Below, piece by piece: positions 13,808 to 27,111 of a stretch of 64,000 nucleotides of DNA. The notes beneath the pieces are model-generated. The model did not search any database, was not told the origin of the DNA, and worked only from the letters and a program-made list of their open reading frames with translations. Made by a program: the position numbers and the translations under genes. The stretch comes from Octopus sinensis (taxonomy: Eukaryota). The stretch is from the NCBI RefSeq assembly GCF_006345805.1, contig NC_043001.1, forward strand, positions 32,488,001-32,552,000, given 5' to 3'. Within the stretch, counting starts at the first letter, position 1. Every line of letters begins with the position of its first letter.

Positions 13808-14235
13808 TATAATATTATATATATAGATAGATACTTCCAAACAAACATGATTTTTAATGAAATCCTAATATTTTCAATGAACTTTTTAATGTTTTCTCAA
13901 GATTTTTCCTTGTAAACTGTTTTTAATATTTTTTATTATTATCAAAGAATGTATATATGCATTGTAATATTTTGTGACAACCAGTACCTAACACAACAAA
14001 GCTTTTACAAAGCTTTTTTATTTTACTTTTGACAATCTTTTTCTAAAAAAGTGAAACCGGTCAAGTGAATAAACATCTTTTAAAATTGCATTTTCAAACC
14101 TTCTTTCATATATATTTCCATTCGTGCAGTATCTTACACATTCATTTTGTTTTATATATATATACACACACATATATATCTATATATATACGTGTGTGTG
14201 TGTGTATGGATATATATATTCATATACATACATAC

Positions 14236-14307
<72 letters not shown>

Positions 14308-14987
14308 ATGTGTGTATATATATGTATGTATATATATGAATATATGAACGCATACGTACATAACAATAAAGATGAATATGCCGAGGAAAAGACACCAATA
14401 GCAAACATTGAATAAAACAATCATGTATGAATAGAATATAAAAGATCACACACCAACTGACAGACAATATAGTATTCCTTTATTTGCCACAAGGACATCA
14501 GACAGAGCGGATATGACAGGAAACGTAATGCAAACAAAGACAAACTTATACAATGGGATGTTACAATGATTGCAAATACCGTGCATAATTGTACTCATCT
14601 TGTAGCCGCTGATAATGATAAACATTTGGCTTCGGAACTTCTAAATATGGCCAACACAAATGAAAAAGAATTATAAAATATTCGAACAGAGTTCATAGGC
14701 ATTAGCCTCCATCTCTCTCTCTCTCTCTCTTTCCCAACCAAAGGTGGTATTCAAACACTATAGAAATATTTTACACACTTAGATATTAAATCTTTATGCA
14801 GGCATAACAATACCTACATATTTACCACCAACAACAACAACAATAATAATAATAATAACAAAAAGTAAATAATAATGAATATAATATACATGCATATATA
14901 TTATATATATACTTTATATATACATATGTACAGACTGTGTGTGTATATATATATATACACACATATATATACATATACACACACATT

Positions 14988-15022
<35 letters not shown>

Positions 15023-15309
15023 CATTATATATATTATGTATTATATTTAGTGAACAGAACTACCCATTTCTAAGATGACATCACAAAAACATGCGCGGGA
15101 AAATATCAACAAAGGGATACAATTACTTGTCTCGTGATCAATTTACATATAAATGGAAAGACAACCGTACATTATACGAAAGGATGACATGAACAACTTT
15201 TTTTTGAAACTCTAAATGCAGATAGGTAAACATTAAGAACGAACTAGGTGTAGTATACATAAAAAAAATCCACCCCCAAAAATCTAGATAATATAGAATG
15301 AAAAAATAT

Positions 15310-15709
15310 ATCTTTATATATAAAAGTGAGGTTGGCTGCTGTCTGTCTCCTACGATTTAGATTCCTAATTACTCCCACATTTTGCGGTGCAGTTTAACCA
15401 AAACCGGGTATCTTATAGTCGTGATTCATATCGAGCCCTTCTGGGTATTAGCGCGCGTCTACGATGAGTCTACGATTTAAAAAATATTTACCATCATTTT
15501 TTCCCATTTTTAATGCATTTTTGGCATATATAAGGGAAGTAACTCACTAAAAATGTATTATTAAATCTCAGAACGTAAAAAGCTACAGTAACACCCCCCC
15601 CCCTTTGTGGTTAGCCATATTGAGATGGCTATTATACTTTACATCTCTAAAAATGCTTATATAGTTATTTCCCTTACAAACCCGAGCAACGCCGGGCGAT
15701 ACTGCTAGT
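15310..15709 (+). mobile_element. Non-autonomous Helitron-like element
   Basis: Starts TCTTTATATATAAAAG and ends with the GC-rich sub-terminal motif CCCGAGCAACGCCGGGCG followed by CTAGT. The 3' end is shared with 19405-19786 and 49779-49808. Confidence 0.65.
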
Positions 15710-15811
15710 AAGCTATAAAGTTAAAGCAATGGAACAACAGCACTGGTGCTATTAATTGGTTTAATGTCATATGCAAAAGAAAGTTATGTAAATTTGCCTA
15801 CTTGCATATCT

Positions 15812-16227
15812 CTCTTTTACTCTTTTACTTGTTTCAGTCATTTGACTGTGGCCATGCTGGAGCACCGCCTTTGGTCGAGCAAATCGACCCCAGGACTTAT
15901 TCTTTGTAAGCCTAATACTTATTCAATCGGTCTCTTTCGCCAAACCGCTAAGTTACGGGGACGTAAACACACCAGCATCGGTTGTCAAGCGATGTTGGCG
16001 GGTACAAACACAAACACACACATATACACACACACATACATACATATATATTATACATATATACGACAGGCTTCTTTCAGTTTCCGTCTACCAAATCCAC
16101 TTACAAGGCTTTGGTTGGCCCGATACTATAGTAGAAGATACTTGCCCAAGGTGCCACGCAGTGGAACTGAACCCGGAACCATGTAGTTTGTAAGCAAGCT
16201 ACTTAGCACGTAGCCACTCCTACGCCT
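15812..16227 (-). mobile_element. SINE family 1 copy
   Basis: Same structure as the other family 1 copies. Confidence 0.9.
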
Positions 16228-16604
16228 ATCGTAGATGTCCACTCACTGAAAACTGTTCGTCTCCCCTTAGGGGTGTTGGACTTTGGGGAAGATTTAGTAC
16301 TGCATCACGCCACGAGATATATCAGCACGTTAAGAAGCAATACATTAATACTCTATGATATTATTACATACTGGTTAAAGGTAATGTGACTGGTTCTATA
16401 CACATAAGGCTTTCTATTGGTTACGACCTGACAATAAACTGGTTTCAAATTCTGGCACAGGGACAGAAATATCGGGCGATGGGGATAAGTCAACTGCATC
16501 GACACCAGAGATCGACTACAACTTATTTTATCGGCCACGAAAGGATGAAAGCCAAATTAAACATCGACAGGACTAAAACTCAAAACGCAAAGACGATCGC
16601 ATAG

Positions 16605-16800
16605 CGCCAAAGATCCCAGTACCTCCATTAAAACACAGGACCAGATAGTACAACAGCTTGGGTTTCAAGGGCCCACAGCTCTTCAGTATCCTTCCAAAAT
16701 GCCTGGGAGACCTGCATGGTATGGATATAAGTGTCTTTAAAACAAAACTGGATTTCCTCCTCTCAAGGGTTCCAGATGAGCCTACTTCACGGTAGGCTCA
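16605..16800 (+). mobile_element. CR1/L2-group LINE ORF2 C-terminal fragment
   Basis: Translates NSLGFKGPQLF(S)ILPKCLGDLHGMDISVFKTKLDFLLSRVPDEP, a typical LINE ORF2 C-terminus. Confidence 0.55.
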
Positions 16801-16974
16801 TCTTGGGGCCTACTTCACATTCACCGAATGTCACATATCAGAGTAGGTTTCAAATAATTGTGTAGCACAGTCAACGTTAGTGCCCCAGCATGACCGCAGC
16901 TTTGAAGCTGAAACAATTTTAAGATATTTTCAAAGATTATATGTATGTATGTATGTGTGTGTGTGTATGTGTGT

Positions 16975-17022
<48 letters not shown>

Positions 17023-17487
17023 TATATATATATTTATTATATTGGCATTTATCATATATCCAAGACAAGCACACTCTAAATGTTAGAACAGTAATGCATT
17101 TACAAGCATTTAAACATACGTCCGGTCAAAGAATGACCAATGGTTTTGCATCCACAAGCGGTTAGCTTTATAGATGGCTCGTCAGACTCTAATGAGCGTA
17201 GACATATAACCTCTCTTTAAACTGGAGATACAGTTAATTAATTTGTAAAGAAACGAATTATATACACTGTCTGAGCCTGACCATAATGATTATCTATATC
17301 CAGTTTGAAGAGAGGTTATATGCCCGCAGCTATTGGAATCTGATGAGTCGTCTATAAAGCTAAGCCTTTTATGGATGCGAAAACATTGCTCACTCTATGA
17401 ATTGACATAATTAACCCCCCCTCCACACACACACAGAATTCATCCCTAATATAATAACCTAGAAATATGCCTAGATATTTCTACCGT

Positions 17488-17830
17488 ACTCTCTTTTTTA
17501 CTTGTTTCAGTCATTTGACTGTGGCCTGCTGGAGCACCGCCTTTAGTCGAGCATATCGACTCCAGGACTTATTCTTTGGAAGCTTAGTACTTATTCTATC
17601 GGTCTCTTTTGCCGAACCGCTAAGTTACGGGGACGTAAACACACCAGCATCGGTTGTCAAGCGATGTTGGTGGGACAAACAAATACACACATACATATAT
17701 ATACGACGGGCTTCTAAATCCACTCACAAGGCTTTGGTCGGCCCGAGGCTATAGTAGAAGACACTTGCCCAAGGTGCCACGCAGTGGGAATGAACGCAGA
17801 ACCATGTGGTTGGTAAGCTAGCTACTTACG
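17488..17830 (-). mobile_element. SINE family 1 copy
   Basis: Same structure, with a short internal deletion. Confidence 0.85.
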
Positions 17831-19404
17831 ACACAGCCACTTCTGCGCTATATATATGAATTCATCCCTAAAATGACAACCTAGAAATATGCCTAGATTT
17901 TTCTATCGTAGTTGATGAAAAATTCAAAATTATATTATACAACGACTAAATGTTTTTCTCACCGCAAAACTATTTCGATTTAGTTCATTATACTCCGGCA
18001 TTAAACATGATAACGCTAACCTAACTAATCAAAGCACAGCTAATACATTTTATACACCAACCCATAAGAGCTAGCAAGAAATAATTATCTAATGAGAAAA
18101 AGTCAATATTAATCAAAAACTAAAATGATTTTAATGTATTTTAGCTAAGTGGCAAGTACCAGAATCATAAGCAAGTCGGGCAAAATGCTAAATGGCATTT
18201 CCTCCATCTTTATTGCCTAGGCTCAAATTCAATCGAGGTCGACTTTGCCTTTCATCGTTTCGGCGTTGGTAATATAAGTACCAGCGGAGCATTTGGGTCG
18301 ATGGAATCGACCTAACTGCCCCACCCCACCAACGAAATTTCTGCCCCTGTGCCAGAATTTGAAACCTATATAGTTTGGCTAAGTACTGGCGACAAGTCCG
18401 TATATGGTTTCATCTTATCGTAGTTTCATCCGCGAACCTTATCCAAGACCATTACTAATTAAATACAGTAGACCCTCGCATTATGAGTGCATCGTTGTAT
18501 GGATAATTTACTGTACGAACCGAGACTCGTGCGAATTTTTGTCTTGGAGTACGAGCGGAAACCTGCAGTACGAGCACACAAATCGTCCCACCATTAAGGT
18601 ATTTCAGTTAATAAAACCAGTTTACATATTTCTTTTGCATTCTCTTTTTTACAATTGTCATTTCACTTGTAACTACACCATATCTGTTTTAAACTCCATA
18701 AAAAATTATTTTCGTGTGGTTAAGTAAACTGACGATATAGAAAACTACATTGATTTGAAAAATTCTGAAAAAACAAAAAACAACAGAAATAAGGCTTACG
18801 CAGCAGAGTTTATTGGAAAACGTAGGCAAATACATAAGGTTTTATTTAAAATATCAGAACACTTCCACGTGGGTTCCACTGCATACACGCAGCACATCTA
18901 GACATCAAAACGATAAACTGTGAAAGTTGAAAAGATAATTTATGGAACCCCTGTGATGAATACAAACAGAATTAAAATACTCTGTAGGTATAATTGAGAT
19001 GAGAAAAAAAAATTATTCAATTACTATAATTCTTTTCATATTTTTTCATCGACTCTTAGAGTTTCCTTCGGCTACGTTTCGGTTGTTTTTAGTCCTCGTT
19101 AGTAAAGTATAACCTTCATAGTATTTACCAAAAGTGATGACGATGGAATCTCTAAGTAAATGCACAGAATTGTACATTAACTGACCTATGAAAACACTAG
19201 GAAATTGATGATAGTGTGTGTCGGTAAAACTGAAGCAGAGAATTTTGTGAATTCAAGTAATTTTAAAGGGATATGAAACTAGAATATAAGAATATATCCA
19301 AAATTTCAAATTTGCTTGTAATAAAATTTAGTTATTTACAAAGTAAATATTCTAGACCTACGTGAAACTCTGAACTTATGCAAATATCAAATGAAAAGTT
19401 GTTA

Positions 19405-19786
19405 TATCTCTCTCTATATAAACGGCAGTTTGTCTGTGCGTGTTTCTGTGTGTATGTTTGCTTGTACCCTCACCACGGCTTTCAACCGATTCTGATGAAA
19501 CTTGACACACACATAGCCCAATGTCATAATTCAAAACTAACGCAGCGAAAATTTTGAAAAGTTCCCCCAGTTCTGAAAAAAAAATCGATAAATTCGACAT
19601 GGGGTCGAGAATCAGAAACACAAACCGCAAACTGTCTAGGGGACGCAACTCCACCTTTTTTTACTCTCAAAAAAAATTTACCATCATTTTTTTCCATTTT
19701 TTTACTATTTTTTGGCTATAACTCTAAAAATGCTTTATAGTTATTTCACTTACAAACCTGAGCAACGCCGGGCGATACTGCTAGTA
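19405..19786 (+). mobile_element. Non-autonomous Helitron-like element
   Basis: Starts TCTCTCTCTATATAAAC and ends CCTGAGCAACGCCGGGCGATACTGCTAGT. Its 3' third is shared with 15310-15709. Confidence 0.65.
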
Positions 19787-20104
19787 TATATATATAATAG
19801 AAATAACACACATCTACCTTTTATATCAAGAGTCTAGTAGAAAAGAAAAAAAGAACGCAGGAAATTTTCAGTCGGACTGCACTATGATATGGCAGCCGAC
19901 CGAAAAAGTTTGAGGAAATATCATGGGCTAAAAATAAATAAGCAAACACAAGACCTAGCTATATCATGAACTAAAGAAGAATATTTTATGTCATTGTTTG
20001 ACTTGTAAAAAAAACAGCAGTTAAAATCACGCTCAAATGACACCTTCCTGCCTTAAGGAAATAAAGATTGTTCGGCAGCGTAGTTCTTGACAAACAAAAA
20101 TCAG

Positions 20105-20529
20105 GAGATTCTTTTCTACTCTAGGCACAAGGCCCAAAATTTTGGGGGAGGGGGGGCAGTCGATTAGATCGACCCCTGTTCGCAACTGGTACTTAATTTA
20201 TCGACCCCCGAAAGGATGACAGATAAAATCAACCTCGACAGAATTTGAACTCAGAACGTAGCGACAGACGAAATACCTATTTCTTTACTACCCACAAGAG
20301 GCTGAAAACAGACGACAAACAAGGACAGACAAACGGATTAAGTCGATTATATCTACCCTAGTGCGTAACTGGTACTTATTTAATCGACCTCCAAAGGATG
20401 AAAGGCAAAGTCGACCTCGGCGGAATTTGAACTCAGGACGAAATACCTATTTATTTACTACCCACAAGAGACTAAACAGAGAGGACAAACAAGGACAGAC
20501 AAAGGGATTAAGTCGATTACATCGACTTA
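20105..20529 (-). mobile_element. SINE family 2, nested or tandem copies carrying the Tx1-like 3' tail
   Basis: Two iterations of ACTACCCACAAG...GGACAAACAAGGACAGACAAA...AAGTCGATT are present; the second is cut at 20529, where GC-rich DNA begins. Confidence 0.75.
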
Positions 20530-20961
20530 ATGGATCGCGCGGCAGCCTCCTGGCGACCGCCGCTAGTCTGCCGGTATTGGTCGCGGCTACGTCCACGTTG
20601 ATATGGGCGAGACCGCGAGCTTTCGTTCATTTACGACTGGCGGTTGCCTTTCGCTGGCGGCCACGGCGCATAGACGAGTAGGGAACAGACGTCGGCGTGA
20701 AGGCGGGGGCCACCGGCTATTTATTGACCGACTACTTGCTACTCCGTCAGGCAGAGAGTCAGAGTTACTCCCGCCGATTGACCGCGCGGAATTTCTTATT
20801 CATTGGCGTTGGTGCACTCGTGCTCGATATCGCTGCTGACGACTGAGAACTCGTCGGCCGTCGACCGCCTCATCAATAACACACGGACACACACACTCGT
20901 ACTCTCGATCGCTCCCAACGACCGAGTCTCACTTAGTCTCGCCGTTTGTCCGCGCTTCTTC
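20530..20961 (-). pseudogene. GC-rich mosaic of diverged nuclear 28S rRNA segments (helix 69 region, twice)
   Basis: The minus strand has CGGCGGGAGTAACTCTGACTCTC (20754-20776), 22/23 identical to canonical 28S CGGCGGGAGTAACTATGACTCTC. A second, more diverged AAGCGCGGACAAACGGCGAGACTAAGTGAGACTC lies at 20924-20957. Confidence 0.7.
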
Positions 20962-21840
20962 TGCACGTCTTCTAATTAATAAAACAGAGAGTTAAATTTT
21001 CGTCAAACCATTCATTCTAGCCCCGATTTATAAAGCAAATTATTATGCTACCTTAGTACAGTTATAATACCGCAGCTGTTAAATATTAATCACCGAGCAG
21101 GCCCAACTCTTTATTAAAAAAACTCAGACATGTTTTTGATAAACAGGCGAAATTTACTTTGGCCAAATTCTTTTATTTTACTTAATTAATAACATGTATA
21201 TTTATATCATAAACTTTAAATTTAAACATACTTAAAATAGATAAAACTATTAAATATATACTACACAATAATATTCATTTTAACATTATATTTATTTCAC
21301 TTTAAATAATTCAAAGAAATTTATCTAATAATTATAAAGAAATTTCAACAACATAAAAATATATTAAAAATAACAATAAAGAAAAAATATTAATTTAACT
21401 TTAATCAATCATTTTAACATCCAACTATATTCTTACAAACATGCGTGAAGCTTATCCCCCAATACTTATTGATCCCTATTGATCGTTTTTTCTCTCCCTT
21501 TTGATCGAAAACCTACCCCACGTTTTTTTCCTTTTTCTCCCCAAAAAGAAAATCTCTACTTTATAACCTGTCCCGTCTGTGTGCAGCTCTGTGTGGCTAA
21601 TAAAGAAACATAATTAAGTAAATAAATCTTATTTCGAGAAAACCAAATATATTAAATAATATTATCAAACCATTATGCAAAAGGTACAAAATTTAAATTT
21701 TACTATACTTAAACTATATAATCTTTCTCCTTCTTAGTACAAATAAATAAACTATTTCTATACCCATTACTTTAAAACCAAATTTTTTTATTTATATTAA
21801 TATCATCTCAACTACCTTAAACAATTAAAAATTTAATCTA
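20962..21840 (-). pseudogene. rrnL: NUMT: mitochondrial 16S rRNA, 5' part to domain IV
   Basis: Exact 16Sar primer site (CGCCTGTTTATCAAAAACAT, 21130-21149) and AAGGTAGCATAAT...GAATGAATGGTTTGACG (21001-21054). Interrupted by a LINE tail at about 21445-21612. Confidence 0.9.
21445..21612 (+). mobile_element. Family C LINE 3'-end fragment inserted in the NUMT
   Basis: GATCCCTATTGATCG...TGTCCCGTCTGTGTGCAGCTCTGTGTGGCTAATAAAGAAACATA, homologous to 4740-4890. Confidence 0.8.
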
Positions 21841-21844
21841 AATC

Positions 21845-21905
21845 AAAAATAATTTATACGTAAGTGAGACATAATTGTGTTAATTTTTGTCTATATTCTA
21901 AAATT
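21845..21905 (-). pseudogene. trnV: Probable mitochondrial trnV remnant between rrnS and rrnL
   Basis: Lies between the two rRNAs; the minus strand AGAATATAG...TCTCACTTAC has a TAC anticodon-like loop, but the 3' half is decayed. Confidence 0.4.
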
Positions 21906-22353
21906 ATTCCAGAAACAATTTCCATTACTTCTACTATGTTACGACTTATCTTATTTAAACAACAAGAGTGACAGGCGATATGTACACTTTACAAAACCAT
22001 ATTCAACTACACATACTAATCATCAAGTTTACTATTAAGTCCACCTTACTTACAAAATTTAATTTTCATTATCCAGATACATAAATAATATAAATTATTG
22101 TAGTCCATTAAACCTTCTTTATTAGCTACGTTATGACGACATATCAACCATAAAGTTTTAAAACTGATGTAATACTTACAGTGTTTAATAAAATGAAGTA
22201 GCATGAAACGATTGTACTACGCTACCTTGGATATCGTTGTTGCTTATTTTGATTATAATCACCTCATTTGATTTATATGGATAATATCATACAAAATTCT
22301 GGTGCCTTTAACTTAAGTACCATATTCATCTGAATATAAATTTTGCTGAACTT

Positions 22354-22406
<53 letters not shown>

Positions 22407-23030
22407 ACATTATTGGTGAATTGAAGAAATGGAGCTGAACGCAGATTGAACAGAAATCGTTTTATTTCATTCTACACGTGTTTCGAAACTTTTGATTAAT
22501 CTACTACAAGATTATTCATCTTTCTATTTCACATAATATATATATATATATATATGATTTAAAAAAAGTAAGTTTAAAATGTGGATTATCAAATTATATT
22601 AACAAACTCCCTAACTGGATATGTAATACCGCCAAACCTTTAAAGTTTTAAACAACAATTAATAATTAATTATTTAATCATTTTCATAATACTTAGGTAA
22701 ACAAAAATCAATTTTTACACTAAAAAATAATAGGGTATTCCTTGTGTAGATAATAAAGAAAAACAAAAAAAAACCATATCAATTCTAATAATTTTGCCAA
22801 AAAACTAACCATAAAATTTTCTTTCAATCACAACTACATCTTACTTTACTTTTCACCCAAACCTTTTAACTTTAATTATAGGTATAACCACAGATGCTGG
22901 CACAAATTTATACAATTATAATTTCTATATAAAACTCATTCATTGTATAAATAAATATACTGAAATATTAATTTACATATAAAAAATTATTTAATACTAA
23001 ATTACCAATATTCTCTATGTGATATTTCTA
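21906..23030 (-). pseudogene. rrnS: NUMT: mitochondrial 12S rRNA, interrupted by microsatellite and Penelope-like inserts
   Basis: Contains CTACTATGTTACGACTTATC (about 21931), AAGAGTGACAGGCGATATGT (21964-21983, 17/20 to the 12Sbi primer), GTGGATTATC...AATACCGCCAAA (about 22582-22636) and reverse-complemented GTGCCAGCATCTGTGGTTATA (22883-22903). Confidence 0.85.
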
Positions 23031-23355
23031 TCAAAATTCCCTGTTATTTAGAGTGGGCGGTCCCACTTTGTTTTAGCCAGTACCCTGTCCTTAAAAAGAA
23101 TAGTGAAAATTTTAAAATGATAAAAAATTAACTAAAACAGTCCTAAGGCAGGGTTATTAGAAGTCTAGTCCGGTGTTATTTTTAATAAGGTTTTTATTAT
23201 CTTTATATGTCTCATCCCCACCGAAACAAGGCCTTAGAGCCTTGCTACCCCTCGCAGAAAATATATAAAAATAAAATTTAAAAAAAAATACTTCAGGGTC
23301 TCCAACAAACCAGCCTCTCAGTCTTAAAAAAAAAAAAAAAAAAAATCTGAAGACT

Positions 23356-24257
23356 TCACTGAAGGGGTATTATGTTGGAGTCGGAAGGAAAACTTGCTTT
23401 TATTTGTACAATTTTTGTTATATTATACCTAAGCTCAATGTACCCGGTGTTACTAACCTTATACTGAGGGCTAATCCTCAGCATATTATAGGTACAAATA
23501 AGAGCTGTTCGGCTAAGACGTCGTCGAAATGACTTATCTTTTATGCCCGAGGCGTCCAGTGCCTGACTCGCAGGTCGGCACCAGGCACCGATTGGGAGTC
23601 CATGCACCTCTACCGGCCGGTCGAACTCCTGCAAAAGCAATTGCTCGAGCGGTCGGTATTTGTGCACTTTCTCGAGGGCAGCCTCTTTCAAGGCGTCCCC
23701 CTGCTCCAATCTGACAGTCACGTCGACGACAACCACCTTTTCTGGAGGGCTAAAGACCAGGCCTGAAGCCGCTTATAATATAGGACGGCTCCACACTGAC
23801 ACTCCAACCATGGTCTACAGCTTCCTTCGCCACCAGGTCACATATTTTATTATGCCTGGCGAGTCGTGGCCCTTTAAGAGCACCACATACTCCGCTGACG
23901 TGAGAAAGTCTCTGCTCCTAACCTACATCTCGGACACGTGGAGTCCCCACGGAGACCACGTGTCAGAGTTTCACGGGTAGGAAATACGTTGGAGCGCATC
24001 TTGAGCAGACTCAAGAAGCACCCCTCCGTAATCCTACCCGGCCTACTTATCCAACTATTGCCTATTGCATCCCCACGGTACGCCACCGCACATGCCCCCT
24101 GCACCGGCTGGGCCGCCCATCTATGGGAGTGCACCAGCCGGATGTCAGGGTCGTATTCGGCCGCGCTCGCAGGTAGCAAAGGCAAATCGAAGGAAGCTAT
24201 AAGTTGCTGGTTCTGTTCGGCTAATCCTGCAGAATCAGCAACCTTTCTCAGAGACAT
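23356..24257 (-). pseudogene. R2 CCHC knuckle and restriction-enzyme-like endonuclease
   Basis: Contains NVFPTRETLTRG...CPRCRLGAET and VVVDVTVRLEQGDALKEAALEKVHKYRPL...VEVHGLPIGA. Confidence 0.85.
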
Positions 24258-24464
24258 ACTCTGACGTCAACAGGCGAAGGTTTCGGCGGACGACGGATTT
24301 TGGTATCAGTCTCACCATCTGGTGAAGACTTAACCCTCCGACCCGCCGGCTGCTATATAGGAAGGGAGGGGACGTAGAGTCGGGGAGATGTAGCATTTTT
24401 CTAGCCCCCACGCGGATGGCCGTGTCAAGCCTCTCAAGTATTCCTCTTGACGGCAGTACCTACA

Positions 24465-25595
24465 CTAACCATAAAAGAGTCTGGGCAGGTAGTATCGCTG
24501 GAGCAAGAGGAATTTCTGTCGGGGTTTCAGCGGAGCCCTGCACATTTTACTAATGTCCAGGGACACCTGCTCCACTGAATCTAAATCGAACTCCCGACTT
24601 GAGGTCGAAGTCCACGTGGGGATATTAACACCTAGATAAGATATTCTCTTCCCCGGTTCTACCTTTTTAATAGTGACACCATCGACACTCGGCGGGGTGT
24701 TCTCGTTGACAAGGTAGGACTTGCCCCAGCCGCGGATGGAGAACCACGCGCACTTATCGACATTAAGCCCTTGTCCAACCGTGCGATAAAACTCCAGGCA
24801 TCTGTCTATAAGAGCCTGGAGACCATCGCGCAATTTTGCAACTAGGGCCATGTTGTCAGCGTACGCGATTCCATCCATCCGGATCCCCATAACTTGCAAA
24901 TCCCCACTGCCGGATAACACATTTAGCAGCGGGTTTGTTGCAATGCTGAAGAGGATCGGCGAGAGCGCGTCCCCCTGTCTAACACCTCGACGAATCTCTA
25001 TGGGTTCACTAAGTTGCCCAACGACTGAGAATCTGTTAGTGCTACCTTCGTAGATCCTCTCCACGAGCGCTAAAACATGCTCGTGGAACCCAAGTCTCCG
25101 CAGTCCCGCATAGACCAATGAATGCGAGACTGTCGAAGGCCTTGGAGAGATCCAAGAAGGCAACCTCCAGCCGCGGTATTCTCAGTCGTGCTGGCTTCAC
25201 CATCGCGCGAATGACGAGCTGTCGCAGGAGAAATGAATTCTCACTGCAGCCGTCAGCGCAGATAAAGCCTCTTTGGCTTGGATTGAGGGGAGTTACCTGA
25301 AGCATGCGTTTGGCGACCATTTTCGAAATAAACGATATGCCGCAGAACATATCGTAATTGGTCGCCAAGTTGCAAAATCGTAGGGGTCGTCTGCCCTCTT
25401 TGATACGAGGACAGACCTACCCCGCTTCAGGATGTCGGGTACCTTACCCGCCAGCAACATGCAGTTGCATATATTTGCGAGGATAGCTGGGTCCATTGAT
25501 TTGATTTCACTAATTGTGAGACCAACTGGACCCGCCGCTGAGGAGATCATCTTGCGTCTACTAACTTTAACCTCCTCCACGGAGAACGGTCTCAA
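24465..25595 (-). pseudogene. R2 reverse transcriptase domain (three frames; catalytic YADD reads YADN)
   Basis: ORFs 25293-25595, 25042-25368 and 24465-25163 carry RT motifs 0-7. Confidence 0.9.
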
Positions 25596-25946
25596 AATAG
25601 GGCCGTTCTCAACCTGGGAGGAGGAAGGGTAGTTCGTAAGATCGACCTCAGGACCTGGAGCAGAAAACCTCCCTCTATAGAATTCCTCTATAGCATAGAG
25701 TGGGATTGGGCATTCCTGCTCCTTATCCTCGCCTAAAACAACTGCAAGGAGCCTCTTCCTATCTTTCTTGAATAAGTTCTGGTGGCGGGCGTATGCAAGT
25801 CACCTACCCCGCCGCCGAAAATTGGTATTATTTCTTGAAGTCCTAACTATCATTCCTGGTGGTCTCTTCCCTACGCGATCTGTAGTACTCCACCCAGTCC
25901 TCTACTCTTCTCTCAAAAGAGCCCCAGGCACCCGAGGTCCCGTTTT

Positions 25947-26495
25947 CTACGAGTTCCAATAGGGCCTCGGAGAAGACTGCATACCAACGGGTATGCCCAG
26001 GACATGCAGCATCGAGGAAGCGATCCTTCCAAAGTTAGACTGGGGTCCTCCCTCGATCTGTGGTTGGGAATCGGCAGCGGACCGCTCTGACCCTTGATGA
26101 CTCACAGGAGCCCTTTTGGTCAGAGCAGCCCTCTTGGATCCTACCTGCTTGGCAGTCTTGCCAAGTAGGAACCATGCGATGGCTGCATTTATATGCCTTA
26201 CTCCTGTCTTTACCAGCTCTGCCTCCTTCCCGACGAGGACCGCTACTTCCTCGTCAGACCAACAGCCTCTGCATTTTCGGCCAGATGCCTCGGCAGCGGC
26301 TGCCCGATCGGCACGCTTTTTCGCCACTTGCTCTAGACGAGCAGCAATCCTGCGGGCATTATCCACCGCAGGATGCTTGTGGCGAACGTGCTGCGATCGG
26401 CCTACAGCCGTCAAGAAAAGAACGGCTGCAGTGGTCGCATTAGAAGGAGAATAGAGCAGGACTAGGGGTAGGCGCTCTAGATGCACCACCATCAC
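25947..26495 (-). pseudogene. R2 ORF segment: third zinc-finger remnant and Myb-like domain
   Basis: Contains GRSQHVRHKHPAVDNARR and CWSDEEVAVLVGKEAELVKTGVRHINAAIAWFLLGKTAKQVGSKR. Confidence 0.75.
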
Positions 26496-27111
26496 ACAAG
26501 CCGGCGTGGCACCTCATCGAATGGAGGTGACCACTTTCCCTACCACACTTACTGCATCTGTAGACAGGCCTCGCGCCGTGTCTACTGTCTAAATGTTCTC
26601 CCCATCTAGGGGGAGAAGAGAAGCGTAGAGGACATAGCGGACAGGCTATGGAGCACGACGCGCAGGGAATAGTCAGCGAAAATTCGCTCCCAGCTGGAGT
26701 GAGGCTTGATACCCTCACTACCTCCTCTCGGTCCATTTCTAAATTAAGAGAATGGACGTCATGGGGGAGGTCCCTAGCGACCCCATCTCGGTCCGTCTCT
26801 AAAAAAAGAGAGTGGACGTCATCGACCGGGTCGTGTGCTAGGTCAAGCGGGAGCTGAAAGCCTTTTACCACCAAGGAATGGTTATTGTAGTCTAATCTAA
26901 AAATACCTACTTTATTCCGATTATACGTCAGTGTCGGGCGCAAAAGAGAACGCCCGACACTGGTCTTGTCATGTTCAAGCGAGCCACCAGATATTCCGTG
27001 CAGGGAAGATAGCTCATTGTCCCTTGCAAGGGAGGGTCGTAGTGCGGCCGAACACAACTGGGTAGTGCGTTCAGCCTGACCTGCGGGCCCCATCCCGGAC
27101 CCACAGGCCAC
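26440..27111 (-). pseudogene. R2 ORF N-terminus with two zinc fingers
   Basis: ORF track, 223 aa: CSIACPLCPLRFSSPPRWGEHLDSRH and YRCSKCGRESGHLHSMRCHAGLC. Confidence 0.75.

Noticed and set aside
1-15100. Dozens of ORFs rich in IY, CV, HT, poly-His, poly-Ser or poly-Ile
   Set aside because: They are translations of microsatellites, with no domain signature.
20962-23030. Genuine mitochondrial contig misjoined into the scaffold
   Set aside because: It is interrupted by a nuclear LINE tail, TA tracts and a Penelope-like repeat, and conserved 12S motifs are mutated, so it is an old nuclear insert.
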